Source: a virus (Duplodnaviria; Caudoviricetes). Taken from it: a stretch of 61,598 nt of DNA. Below are positions 18,037 through 27,991 of the stretch, in pieces; the stretch's first letter is position 1, and each line of letters opens with the position of its first letter. The notes below the pieces were generated by a model. The model ran no database searches. It saw only the letters and a program-made list of their open reading frames with translations, and was not told the origin of the DNA. The stretch spans positions 1-61,598 of the IMG/VR virus record IMGVR_UViG_3300042988_000221; one strand, given 5' to 3'. Both the position numbers and the translations under genes were made by a program.

Positions 18037-18614
18037 ACCGTCTAGACGCATTTCTTTTATATGAAGCTTTGCGTCTTCACTTCACCACAGAAGACTACAA
18101 TTACTTTTTCTATAAAGGTAAATTCAATATCTCTGTTGTCGATGAAAATAAAACATTTGTCCTCGATAAATTAATAGATCGATATGGAAATGACCTGGAA
18201 AATTTTTATATTGCAAATTTTGTACATGACCCTAAAGTGTGGATGCATGAATTATTAACAGAAGATCATCACCTTATTTTCTTAAACTGGAAAAAACGAA
18301 ATCAAAGCTTGACATACATGTACAAGAATGATATAATATCTCTCTTGTCTAAAGTGAAAAATTTCAATGACCTATTTAAAAATAATAACCCATATCCAAT
18401 CTTAATGATCCTTGCACTAAGAAAAACTATTAATATCGAAACTTTCGTTATTCTAAATTCATTCCTGGATTTTTTATCCCACTGGAAAAGTTTTATAAAT
18501 ACTGATGACCCGGTTTTTAATTCTTTAAAACTGAAAACTGTGAAGTATTTGCCCTTTATCCAGTTCGATAAAAAACTGTTTAAAGATATTCTAAAATCGG
18601 AGGTCCAAATGTAA
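18033..18614 (+). CDS. gp59: Helicase loader gp59
   Basis: YEALRLHFTTEDYNYF, IETFVIL, KYLPF; synteny. Confidence 0.88.
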   Translation: MNRLDAFLLYEALRLHFTTEDYNYFFYKGKFNISVVDENKTFVLDKLIDRYGNDLENFYIANFVHDPKVWMHELLTEDHHLIFLNWKKRNQSLTYMYKNDIISLLSKVKNFNDLFKNNNPYPILMILALRKTINIETFVILNSFLDFLSHWKSFINTDDPVFNSLKLKTVKYLPFIQFDKKLFKDILKSEVQM

Positions 18615-18667
18615 TACTTGTTAAACTTGTTGCAAATATTGTTTTAATTGTATAAAGAGGTAAAACT

Positions 18668-19564
18668 ATGTCTTTCAAAAATCTAAAAAGTAAATCAGAA
18701 AATAATAATCGTCTCACCAAAATGGTCGAGGATATTCAATCTCGCAATAATAAGCCCGACCGGTCTAATTATTGGAGTCTAACCCGCGATGCCGCTGGAA
18801 ATGGCTTTGCAGTAATTCGATTCCTGCCTGAACCACCACAAGATGGTGATGATGCCGTTCCATTCATTAAATACTTCGACCATGGGTTTAAGTCGGGAAC
18901 GACCCAGCAGTGGTATATTGAAAAGTCCAGAACTACTCTGGGCGAACCGGATTTCATGGCTGAATATAATTCAAAGCTTTGGAACTCCGGTATCAAGGAA
19001 AATGTTGATCTGGCCCGATATCAAGGAAGACGTACCCGATATGTTTCCAATATCTATGTTGTCAGAGATTCAAAAAATCCAGAAAATGAAGGTAAAGTAT
19101 TTCTTTTTGAATATGGTACCAAAATCCACGCAAAACTTTTGGCAAAAATTAAACCAGAATTTGAAGATGACCAAGCCGTGGATATTTTTGATATGTGGAA
19201 AGGTGCTAATTTCAAGCTTAAGGCGCGAAAGATTGACGGACAGATCAATTACGATCTGTCCGAGTTCGAAGCCCCTTCTGCATTACTGGAAGGTAATGAA
19301 GAAAAGCTAGAAAAGGTTTGGCAGTCAGAATATTCACTTAAGGATATTATTTCACCTGATAAGTTCAAATCTTATGAAGATCTTAAAGCGCGAGCAATTA
19401 AGGTTCTTAATTTAAGTGAAGAAGGAACTCCTGCTACTCCAAGACAAAATAAGCCAACTCGACCACCCATCGACACATCTGTTCTGGATGAAGCAAAGAC
19501 TGACGAATCTGATGAAGATTTGAATTTCTTTCAGAATCTAGTTGATGACGACATTCCGTTTTAA
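18668..19564 (+). CDS. gp32: Single-stranded DNA-binding protein gp32
   Basis: AGNGFAVIRFLP, NIYVVRD, PENEGKVFLFEYG, GANFKLK, NYD.SEF, acidic tail. Confidence 0.96.
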   Translation: MSFKNLKSKSENNNRLTKMVEDIQSRNNKPDRSNYWSLTRDAAGNGFAVIRFLPEPPQDGDDAVPFIKYFDHGFKSGTTQQWYIEKSRTTLGEPDFMAEYNSKLWNSGIKENVDLARYQGRRTRYVSNIYVVRDSKNPENEGKVFLFEYGTKIHAKLLAKIKPEFEDDQAVDIFDMWKGANFKLKARKIDGQINYDLSEFEAPSALLEGNEEKLEKVWQSEYSLKDIISPDKFKSYEDLKARAIKVLNLSEEGTPATPRQNKPTRPPIDTSVLDEAKTDESDEDLNFFQNLVDDDIPF

Positions 19565-19581
19565 TATTTTTTGAAATATTT

Positions 19582-19610
19582 GGTGGGTCACAATTACATG
19601 ACCCACCTTT
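19582..19610 (+). terminator. Hairpin after gp32 (probable terminator)
   Basis: GGTGGGTCA-8 nt-TGACCCACC then TTT. Confidence 0.65.
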
Positions 19611-19615
19611 CCTAT

Positions 19616-21058
19616 ATGAAAAAACTAACAATAGAAGAAGTCAATCAAAAATTAAAAGATAATAGTATCCCATATGTTTGCACAAAATATAATGGGAGGG
19701 ACGAGCATTCGGAATTTTATTGTGAAGAACACGACCATTATTTTGAAGCATCATTAACTAATGTGTTGCGTGGGAAATCTTGGTGTTTGTGGAATTCAGA
19801 ATGGAAACAAACTTCTTGGACAAAAGATTTAATTAATGCAACTTTAAAAGAAAATAACAGTCCACACATATTAATAGAAGAGTATATTAATATGAGAAGT
19901 AAATTAAAATTCTCTTGTCCTGAAAATCATGTTTTTGAGCGAACAGTACAAGATGTATTAAAAGGTAAGTGTAAATGTCCGTTTTGTTTTGGACAAGATT
20001 ATAAAACTGATCAATTTAATTCCAAACTCAACGATAAAAATATTTTATATAAATTGATTGGGAATTATATCACTAATTCTACTCCATCTTTATTTTATTG
20101 TGAAACGCATGGAGAATTTACAGCTAAACCAAAAGATGTATTATGCGGGCACAAATGTTGTGTTGGATGTCAAGATGATAATGGAATAGTATTAAAACAC
20201 ACAAAGGATTCATTCAATGCTAAATTAGAATCTAAAAATGTTCCATATAGATTAGTTGATGAAGAATTTTCTGTAAAAAACAGAGCAGAATTTTATTGTA
20301 CAGAATGTGGTGGATATTTTAATGCAACTCCAGATAACATTTCATCTGGACACACAAAATGTCCACATTGTTTTAAATTGGATTTGTTACATAATTTTCT
20401 AACCAATTTGGATGATAAAAATATCAAATATAAATTGGTTGGTGTATATAGTAACTCACAAACAGAAACAACTTTTTATTGTGAAGAACACGACTATTGT
20501 TTTGAAGCAACGCCAAATGGGATTTTGTCTGGAAAATATAAATGTTTACATTGTCACACTAGAACATTTTGGACATTAGAATCTGTAAATCAACACTTAA
20601 CAGATAATAATAGAAATTTGGTTTTTCATGAATTCGCTAGAGTAGATGAAAAGGCAACTTGTGAATGTATTAATTGTGGTTATGTTTGGAATCCTAAACC
20701 AACATCAGTTATTCATGAAAATTCTGGTTGTCCAAAATGTGCCGATTATTCGTTTGATAATAATAAACCTTCGATAATGTATTATATAAAATTTAATGTT
20801 GAAGATACAACTTATTATAAAATTGGAATAACAACTAGAACAATCAAAAAAAGACTCAATGGTGAAGGTATTAAATATGAAATATTATTTTCTTTAAATT
20901 TTGATACTGGTAAAGAAGCAAAACTAAAAGAAACCGAATTATTAAAATTTCATAACGATTTAAAATATATTGGTCCAAAACTTTTGAATAAAACCGGAAA
21001 TACCGAAATTTTTATAAAAGACATTTTTGACGGCATTTATGACTTTAAACTATTCTAA
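19616..21058 (+). CDS. Putative homing endonuclease: 6 Zn-ribbon repeats plus GIY-YIG-like (T5orf172-type) C-terminus
   Basis: About 62-aa repeats F.C..H/C...F.A.P..V..G...C..C; YYI...YKIGIT...R...E...GNTEIF; start revised to MKKLT. Confidence 0.75.
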   Translation: MKKLTIEEVNQKLKDNSIPYVCTKYNGRDEHSEFYCEEHDHYFEASLTNVLRGKSWCLWNSEWKQTSWTKDLINATLKENNSPHILIEEYINMRSKLKFSCPENHVFERTVQDVLKGKCKCPFCFGQDYKTDQFNSKLNDKNILYKLIGNYITNSTPSLFYCETHGEFTAKPKDVLCGHKCCVGCQDDNGIVLKHTKDSFNAKLESKNVPYRLVDEEFSVKNRAEFYCTECGGYFNATPDNISSGHTKCPHCFKLDLLHNFLTNLDDKNIKYKLVGVYSNSQTETTFYCEEHDYCFEATPNGILSGKYKCLHCHTRTFWTLESVNQHLTDNNRNLVFHEFARVDEKATCECINCGYVWNPKPTSVIHENSGCPKCADYSFDNNKPSIMYYIKFNVEDTTYYKIGITTRTIKKRLNGEGIKYEILFSLNFDTGKEAKLKETELLKFHNDLKYIGPKLLNKTGNTEIFIKDIFDGIYDFKLF

Positions 21059-24000
21059 CAATTCCATACTGTAAACGTGTCAAAGTTGAATCTTCGTGCC
21101 TTAATCCAATCCCGATTCCCATAATTCCTGATCCAGATTCAGAATTTCCTTTATCGGCCATTCCACCACCACTTGATGCTCCACCGCCACCGCCACCGGA
21201 CATTGGTTTACCTGATGCGCCTGGGGAACCGCCACCGCCCCCACCACCCAATGACATTGCATCTTTTGCATTATTAACTGCTGCCGAACCCATTCCAAGA
21301 TTTTGACCGGAAGCTGATGGTAGGTCTGCTCTCATTCCAAGATCTGAAGGCATTGTTGGAGTATAAGATGCTTCTTGAGTTGGACCTTTAACATCTTGCA
21401 TATTAGGCAAGTTTTGGTCTTGTGGTGTTACTGGTTCGAATCCTTGAGGAACTTGGGAAGTATCGCCGGGTCTAGGTTGAGTAGATTCTTGAGTTGGACC
21501 TCTCATATCTTTCATATTTGGAAGGTTTTCATCTTGTGGTCCAGCGGGTTCAAACCCTTTAGGCATTTTGGCTGTATCACCGGGTCTTCTATTACTTTCT
21601 TGTTTAGTAGCGGTTTCACCTTCTTTCATATCTTCTGGTCGTCTAATTGCTAATAGTTCATTACCTTTAGCATTGATACTAGCGGAAGAAGTTGTTACGC
21701 CGCCATGACCTTTTGAACCTTGGTTTCCGCCAACATAAGATATTCTACCAGTTTTTGGATCAACAGATTTAACAATGGCCACATGACCTTTACCACCTTT
21801 ACCACCATCTCTATTAAATACTGCGATATCACCGGCTTTTACACCTGAGAAATCTTCTGAGCCTTTTTCCCAGACACCTTTACCATAGTTCAAGAAACTT
21901 CTGGCATTATCTTTTCCAGTACCTTTAAATCCTTGATGACCTAAAACAGCATTAGTATATTTTGCACACCAAGCATTTGAGTTACCTTTTACTTGATTTG
22001 AACTGTGACCACCTTCTTTAATATAAGATCTTAATTCTGCTTCATTATCATCTTCAGTTTTACCCATATTGGATTCAGCTTCTTTAAGTAATCTGCTGGA
22101 ACCAATCATTTCATTTTGAACTTCCATTGTAGCAGATGCTCGTTCATCAGAAGGCATACCTGCTTTACCCATTGGTTTATTTTGTGCGGCTCCGAGCATT
22201 TCATTTTGTTTATCAATAGCATCTTTAGCTCTTTGATTTGCTTGATCTGATCCAGTAGTTGCAATTCTATACGCATCATCATCAGACATGCCTTGACTTT
22301 TAGCCTTTTCGTATCTATCTCTTGTGAGTTGTAAAGACTGTTTAGCTTTTTCTGGTGATAATGCGGCTTTATTAACACCATCCTTATCATACCAACTTCT
22401 ACCACCTTTCTCATCTGCGCCTATTGAAGCCCATTCTTGAGCCGACGCTTTTGCAGCAGCATCAATACCTTTACCAGATTTTATAAATTTTTCTATTTGA
22501 GGACGCTTTTCTTTTGTTAAATAATCAGCAAATATTTTATCCTGCATTTCTGGAGTAAATTTTTCATCACCAGATAATTTTAATTTGGATTTAGCATCTT
22601 TAAGAGTTTCTGGTATTATTTGATATTTTCCAATCGCAAACAATTTATTCGGATCTTTTTGCCCCAAATTTTGTCGTTCAATTACTTGATTCACAGTCAT
22701 TTTAGAAAAATCGGTTTGCCCTTGTTTATATTTGTGGCCAGCACCTTGATTAAAAATGTTATAATTGCCCTTACTTTCGTGAACAGAAAACGCATCGGCC
22801 AAGGTCATATTTTCATTCCATTTTCCTAATGGACCTTTTGATGGTTGACCATATTCAACATTTTGAGTATTTCTTGGTGATCTTTCTGCTGTTGGATTTT
22901 CCGATGAGCGTTCTGCTGATGGCATTGGTTCATCTTTATAGCCAGGAACTTTTTGTGCTGATTCTGGTTTATCAGTTTCAAATTGTTTTGCGGCATCCTG
23001 TTGTGCCTGTTGTTCTGCTTTTTGAACAGCAACTTGTCTTTCTTGTGGTGGTAAATTCTGTGGTATTTGATTTACATAATTTTGACGTTGTTGTTCACGA
23101 TATTCTGCAAACTTTTGAAATTTAACAGGATTTTTAGCAGCAAATTTACTGTCATCGACAGTAAATTGTGTTGGTTGATTTTTATCTAATGCTGGTGTAC
23201 TAGTATTTTGTGCAACTTTTCTGACACCATACCCTTTTGCATCGATATCTTTTCCTGCACCAGTTTGGCCTTTATCATTTAAATATTGTTGTTCATCTCC
23301 TGTTAAGCTTTTGTATGTTGGTATTTTATTACCACGATTATCTTCAATCTCAGTTACAACTCCATTTTCTTGTTTATATTTAATTTTTTCTGGATCAGCA
23401 TCAATACCCATTGATTTTGCTAATTCTGCTGCCCTAGTCTTTGGTTCACCGAATCTTTGGATATTTGCACGTTTTTGTAATGCCTTCTCTTGTTCAGATT
23501 TAGACATGTTTTCAGTATCATAAGTTTTATCTTCTTCAGTCCGTATTCCAAACATTTTTCTGAAACCACGAGAATAAGATTTATACCAATCTTGTTTTTC
23601 AATTTTGGCTTCTAATCTTTCTTTAATTCTTCCACCACCAAGACCTAGACCAACAGCAAGACCAACACCAGGAACACCGGTTAAGGCTCCAACCATTTGT
23701 CCAGCCCCAAGCCCTTCCATTGCATCACTTTGGACTCCTAATGCAGTTCCAATTGCACCATGACCACTTTCATCCATTTTATTTCCTAACCATCCCAATC
23801 CCATACTAGCAATACCAGCACCTAATGCACCTATTTTTGGTGTACCCATTAATGCTTTGGTCATTCTACCAATTTTACCCATTTTTGATGCTGCTGCACC
23901 AGCCTTGGCAACATTTGCGCCAGCTTTAGCAGCACCTTTTGCTATTCCACCTTTGGGAACTTTTGCTGAAGCACCTTTTCCGCCTTTTCTTAATGCCCCC

Positions 24001-24926
24001 TTTCCCATTTTATAACCAGCAGCAGCACCGGCTAAATCTCCAATTCCCATTCCAGAATCAGATCCTTCTGAACCAGATCCAGTACCTTCTGATCCATTTC
24101 CACCATTCATTCCATTTAACATTTTCTCTAATAATGCGTTGGTCTTATTAGATGTCTGTTGATCCTGTGCTTTAGCATTATTAAAATTTTCAGCAATTTG
24201 TTCTAATACTTTTTGTTTATCAAGAAATGATATTAATGTCTTATTCAATGTTTTTAAGGTACTAGACATTCCCAATATATTTTTATCAATATTTCTAAAA
24301 ATTGAAATGGCCGATGAATTTGGGCTGGACATTTCATTATTAGTTACAATTGTAGAATTATCTAATGTGTTCTTAACCTTTTCATAACTATTGGTTATTT
24401 TATTGGCTGTTGGTTGTCGTGGTGAACTTATATTAGAAGAAACGTTTCTTTGTGAAGGTTTTACAGAAGGTGCTGGAGAAGATATATTTACACTTGGAGC
24501 ATTTGAAGATGAATTTATTGATTGTGATGATGAAACATTACTAATTACAGATCTAATAGATTTTGTAGTCTCAGATGCTTCTGATTTACTTTGTTCTCTA
24601 ATTGAAGTTAGATATGCAAAAGATTGAACTTTAATAGATTTATCTAATATATCTTGTTCGGATTTATTGGCAGATTTAGATGCTTTCTTGGAATTATCGT
24701 TCCATAGTTTCCATTTTGATCCTGATGCAGAAGAAGGAACATGAATATATGGTTTATCATTAGCAAATACAATTCTACCAGTGTTGATATCTTTATTGAA
24801 AGATTCAACCATTTCTGGAGATGCAGCAACTCTAGTTGGTTTATTTGATTTTAGATCGTATTCAAACCAATCGTTATTTGTGTATGAATAATATTTTCCA
24901 TCACGGAATATTATTATTTGTTGCAT
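21045..24926 (-). CDS. Tape-measure/baseplate hub (gp29-like) protein with lysozyme-like and CHAP/NlpC-P60 domains
   Basis: Coiled coil and Gly/Ala-rich segment; ESKGNYN...AIGKYQII...QD...EWAS; WCA...GHV...GGNQ; lies after gp26/gp51. Confidence 0.75.
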   Translation of the reverse strand: MQQIIIFRDGKYYSYTNNDWFEYDLKSNKPTRVAASPEMVESFNKDINTGRIVFANDKPYIHVPSSASGSKWKLWNDNSKKASKSANKSEQDILDKSIKVQSFAYLTSIREQSKSEASETTKSIRSVISNVSSSQSINSSSNAPSVNISSPAPSVKPSQRNVSSNISSPRQPTANKITNSYEKVKNTLDNSTIVTNNEMSSPNSSAISIFRNIDKNILGMSSTLKTLNKTLISFLDKQKVLEQIAENFNNAKAQDQQTSNKTNALLEKMLNGMNGGNGSEGTGSGSEGSDSGMGIGDLAGAAAGYKMGKGALRKGGKGASAKVPKGGIAKGAAKAGANVAKAGAAASKMGKIGRMTKALMGTPKIGALGAGIASMGLGWLGNKMDESGHGAIGTALGVQSDAMEGLGAGQMVGALTGVPGVGLAVGLGLGGGRIKERLEAKIEKQDWYKSYSRGFRKMFGIRTEEDKTYDTENMSKSEQEKALQKRANIQRFGEPKTRAAELAKSMGIDADPEKIKYKQENGVVTEIEDNRGNKIPTYKSLTGDEQQYLNDKGQTGAGKDIDAKGYGVRKVAQNTSTPALDKNQPTQFTVDDSKFAAKNPVKFQKFAEYREQQRQNYVNQIPQNLPPQERQVAVQKAEQQAQQDAAKQFETDKPESAQKVPGYKDEPMPSAERSSENPTAERSPRNTQNVEYGQPSKGPLGKWNENMTLADAFSVHESKGNYNIFNQGAGHKYKQGQTDFSKMTVNQVIERQNLGQKDPNKLFAIGKYQIIPETLKDAKSKLKLSGDEKFTPEMQDKIFADYLTKEKRPQIEKFIKSGKGIDAAAKASAQEWASIGADEKGGRSWYDKDGVNKAALSPEKAKQSLQLTRDRYEKAKSQGMSDDDAYRIATTGSDQANQRAKDAIDKQNEMLGAAQNKPMGKAGMPSDERASATMEVQNEMIGSSRLLKEAESNMGKTEDDNEAELRSYIKEGGHSSNQVKGNSNAWCAKYTNAVLGHQGFKGTGKDNARSFLNYGKGVWEKGSEDFSGVKAGDIAVFNRDGGKGGKGHVAIVKSVDPKTGRISYVGGNQGSKGHGGVTTSSASINAKGNELLAIRRPEDMKEGETATKQESNRRPGDTAKMPKGFEPAGPQDENLPNMKDMRGPTQESTQPRPGDTSQVPQGFEPVTPQDQNLPNMQDVKGPTQEASYTPTMPSDLGMRADLPSASGQNLGMGSAAVNNAKDAMSLGGGGGGGSPGASGKPMSGGGGGGASSGGGMADKGNSESGSGIMGIGIGLRHEDSTLTRLQYGIVRIV
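21372..21587 (-). repeat. Intragenic tandem duplication, 114-nt (38-aa) period
   Basis: RPGDTAKMPKGFEPAGPQDENLPNMKDMRGPTQE versus RPGDTSQVPQGFEPVTPQDQNLPNMQDVKGPTQE. Confidence 0.85.
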
Positions 24927-24929
24927 CTA

Positions 24930-25121
24930 TTAGCCTTTGTGTAATTTTAACTTATTTAATCGGTCTTCTTCTTCTTTTAGGAAATTCTCAAGTTGCGCCA
25001 AATAAACTTCCCTTTCCCACGGTAACATATCTTCTAGTTCTGATAACAAGTATTTATGATGTTGCATCAACACAAAATTCACTTTATAATGATTGGCTAA
25101 TGTATCATGACTAAAACTTAA
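24930..25121 (-). CDS. gp51: gp51-like baseplate hub assembly protein (first ATG at 25067; may be reached by frameshift from gp26)
   Basis: Not in ORF track. LSFSHDTLANHYKVNFVLMQHHKYLLSELEDMLPWEREVY matches the small gp51 of T4-like environmental phages. Confidence 0.8.
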   Translation of the reverse strand, partial: LSFSHDTLANHYKVNFVLMQHHKYLLSELEDMLPWEREVYLAQLENFLKEEEDRLNKLKLHKG

Positions 25122-25867
25122 TCGAAAAAACTTTCAATGCCCTCCACATGAATATCATGTACAAATCCACATTTCTTACATGGCAATTTATAATCCTTCT
25201 CTAATTTTGGTAAATTTAAGAAATGATTCTCAATTAGTTTAAATTGATCTAAACTTAAACTATCAAAAAATTCAATTAATTCTTCTTTAGGTACTTCAGA
25301 AGCATAATATAAGTTATCTTCGTCATAAATATACTCAACACAATTATAGATAACATCAAAAATTACTTCTGATGATAAACTAATTTCAGATAATTTATCG
25401 ATATAGTCGAAATCTGGAAATTTGAATTTAACGCCAATTTTACTGTTAAGTGCAATAACATCTTTATAATCTTTTGTATCTACTTGGATATCCATTAGAT
25501 TAATTGAAAGCTTCATCATATTCCCACATTCAGATTCTTCTTTTTCTCCATCATCATTTTCCGTTTCAATTGTTCTATTACATTTATAAAATGAATCAAC
25601 TTGCTCAGAAACCGACCTTGCCCTTAAATTTAAAAAATAATATTCAATATCAACTATTGGTAAATGATCAATTTTAGTATTCGAAACAATACAATTTTGT
25701 AATATTTGTTTAATATTGGTCATCAAGAAATCTCGATCACCTTTTGATTCGAGGACCATCAAAAGCATTTTTTGTTCTTTAACTTTAAACGGTACGAATT
25801 TAATTTTCTCTTTTGAAATTGGTAAAGTCAAGTCATAAATTGGACTGGTTATTTTTGGTAATGTCAT
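25118..25867 (-). CDS. gp26: Baseplate hub assembly chaperone gp26 (start revised to MTLPKI)
   Basis: LPKI, PFKVKEQK, DIEYYFLNLRARSVSE, CKKCG...EGIESFF. Confidence 0.9.
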   Translation of the reverse strand: MTLPKITSPIYDLTLPISKEKIKFVPFKVKEQKMLLMVLESKGDRDFLMTNIKQILQNCIVSNTKIDHLPIVDIEYYFLNLRARSVSEQVDSFYKCNRTIETENDDGEKEESECGNMMKLSINLMDIQVDTKDYKDVIALNSKIGVKFKFPDFDYIDKLSEISLSSEVIFDVIYNCVEYIYDEDNLYYASEVPKEELIEFFDSLSLDQFKLIENHFLNLPKLEKDYKLPCKKCGFVHDIHVEGIESFFD

Positions 25868-25874
25868 AAAAACC

Positions 25875-26504
25875 TCATAATGGAATTGTATTAAAATATC
25901 TATAGGCGAAGGTAACAACTAATCTATGATAAGAATCGGTATCTCGCCATAATAATGGTAATTGGTTAACTGAACATGGAAAAGCATGTTGTAATATTGC
26001 GCTATATGATGGATCTCCTGTTAAATCAAATTGTGTTACTATTATAGGAACTTCGTAATTGTCTTTGTATTCGAAATCAAAATTAACTCCCCCAAAATTT
26101 ATTCCTAATGCTCCACCAACAGCACCAGCAACTTTATTTAAATCTGATGACATTGAAATTAAATCCATCCAAGAATCAAAAAATGCTTTCTCAACCATGT
26201 TATCTGAACATATGAATGTAAAGTTTACCTTATCATATGAATTCTGAATAGGAAATAATTCTACAGGACCATAAGTTTTTTGATCTACTAGTGCGAATGT
26301 TCTGGATGGTAATTCTGCTCCTTCACATCTCATTGTTAAATGCGAAGATTGACTGAGCGTAAATGCTGAAAATAATCCACTCAGACTAAATTGAGTTATT
26401 TTGGATAATAAATTTGTATTGGGAATTATTGTAACTTCAAAATTACACGGTCTGGCTACTTCCGTTCGAAATGAATTTATAAACTGGTTTATGTTTGCTG
26501 CCAT
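25875..26504 (-). CDS. gp54: Tail tube initiator gp54-like (start revised to MAANINQF)
   Basis: ARP..FEV, CEGAELP, FFDSWMD, AFP, L.VTFAYR. Confidence 0.75.
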   Translation of the reverse strand: MAANINQFINSFRTEVARPCNFEVTIIPNTNLLSKITQFSLSGLFSAFTLSQSSHLTMRCEGAELPSRTFALVDQKTYGPVELFPIQNSYDKVNFTFICSDNMVEKAFFDSWMDLISMSSDLNKVAGAVGGALGINFGGVNFDFEYKDNYEVPIIVTQFDLTGDPSYSAILQHAFPCSVNQLPLLWRDTDSYHRLVVTFAYRYFNTIPL

Positions 26505-26508
26505 TTTA

Positions 26509-27513
26509 TTACCTAATCGTGTTGTCTGAATCTCTCCAAACAACACTGTTTTTTTGCTTCTGAAAATTATCTACCGGTAAATATGCTGCATGTATCCATT
26601 CGTGTGCTTCTGCTGGCAAAACCATAGATCTTAAATGAGTAGTTAAATACCGTTTTAAACATGGTAAATAATACTTCATCCCAGATGTCTTCATTTCATT
26701 ATAACTTATATTCTTTAATGCTAATTCATCACCTTTCGTATTTCCATACGCTGATAATAATTTACTCAAGAACATTAACCTAACATTAGGATTTAAATAA
26801 TGTAAATTCATTCCTAAAAATCCATCATCATATTTATTCAATACAATTATCAATGGAAACTTGTCCCAATAATTTAATTTCTCTTTCGTTTTTGCATCAT
26901 ATACGAAAAAATACATCCCACCAATCTTAAAATTCGGATTCCCAGGTACAATTAAATTGGGTACGTTTCTTCCACCATTTCCTTGTAATTGCTTAACTTT
27001 TAATTGTAACCAACCAAGAGCAATCTTTATTTGTTGTTTCTGCTCAATTGAATTGGAATTTTTAAACCTTTCTAATAATGATGGTAAATCTCGTCTGCCA
27101 AATACCATATCATTAAGAACAGATTGTAATGCAGATGGAACATATTTTCCCGGCTTGCCTTCTCTTGTTTCTTCTGCGAACGATCCACGACCAAAAGCAG
27201 ATGGGTTAAATACGTATTTTTTGCCTTTATAAGTTACCTTATACCATTTTGTATAATCGGGTTTTTCGCCAGAAATTCTTTTCTCAAATGATCTCTTGGC
27301 AATTTTATACGCTTCAGCATTATCTTTCTTTTCGCCCATCACCCGTTCTGGGATTGCGTCTACATCGAAAACATAATTATTAAGCTTCTTTTGCATATCT
27401 GGTGGAGCAAAATTGCCAGATTTATCCAGCCATAAAAATAGTTCTGGTTCATAGAAGAATCTACGCCTGTCATAAACTATTTCTTGCTTTTCATGAAAAA
27501 TTGAATTATCCAT
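26509..27513 (-). CDS. gp2: DNA end protector gp2 with N-terminal extension
   Basis: GGMYFFVYDAKTK..L.YWDKFPL, GFLGMNLHYL, CLKRYL; next to gp4. Confidence 0.88.
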   Translation of the reverse strand: MDNSIFHEKQEIVYDRRRFFYEPELFLWLDKSGNFAPPDMQKKLNNYVFDVDAIPERVMGEKKDNAEAYKIAKRSFEKRISGEKPDYTKWYKVTYKGKKYVFNPSAFGRGSFAEETREGKPGKYVPSALQSVLNDMVFGRRDLPSLLERFKNSNSIEQKQQIKIALGWLQLKVKQLQGNGGRNVPNLIVPGNPNFKIGGMYFFVYDAKTKEKLNYWDKFPLIIVLNKYDDGFLGMNLHYLNPNVRLMFLSKLLSAYGNTKGDELALKNISYNEMKTSGMKYYLPCLKRYLTTHLRSMVLPAEAHEWIHAAYLPVDNFQKQKNSVVWRDSDNTIR

Positions 27514-27521
27514 ATTACCTC

Positions 27522-27980
27522 TTAAAACGGTATATCTTTATCGGTCATTAACTTAAATACCCAACCCTTTCTATTACAATATTCTTTTGCTGCCTTCCAC
27601 TTAGAAGTATTTATCCCCCATTCATAAACCTCATTTATATATTGCTTCGTCACTTTATTCCGAACTTTAGGCTCCAATGTCTTCTTATATGGCTTCACTT
27701 CAATTAAATATATCGTAACCTTATCACCATTCTTTACCTTCGCCCATACATCAGGAAAATATCTGTGCTGCTTATTATCTATTGGTGATACATAATTTAT
27801 ACAAATCTCTTCTGATGCCCATTCCAATACATTATAATTAGAATCTAACCACTTGAATAATCTCTTCTCCCATGAACTCCTGTATATAATTTCTCCACAA
27901 TCACCACGATATTTCTCCCTATTTCTGATAGTATAATATCCTTGCTTGTATTTGTTGTTCTGTGGAATTCCAACCAACAT
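27522..27980 (-). CDS. gp4: Head completion nuclease gp4 (TnsA-like)
   Basis: YRSSWE, WASEE, HRYFPD, IEVKP, KWKAA. Confidence 0.92.
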   Translation of the reverse strand: MLVGIPQNNKYKQGYYTIRNREKYRGDCGEIIYRSSWEKRLFKWLDSNYNVLEWASEEICINYVSPIDNKQHRYFPDVWAKVKNGDKVTIYLIEVKPYKKTLEPKVRNKVTKQYINEVYEWGINTSKWKAAKEYCNRKGWVFKLMTDKDIPF

Positions 27981-27991
27981 AATAGTTAATC

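Noticed and set aside
21433-21557. GGTTCGAATCC and GGTTCAAACCC resembling tRNA T-loops
   Set aside because: They are the antisense of the GFEP codons in the 38-aa duplication; no cloverleaf can be built
25124-25130. Treating the gp26/gp51 junction as another homopolymer error
   Set aside because: Not excluded given other frameshifts in this window, but gp26 ends at its usual FF-x-stop position and a separate small gp51 is the normal annotation in related phages
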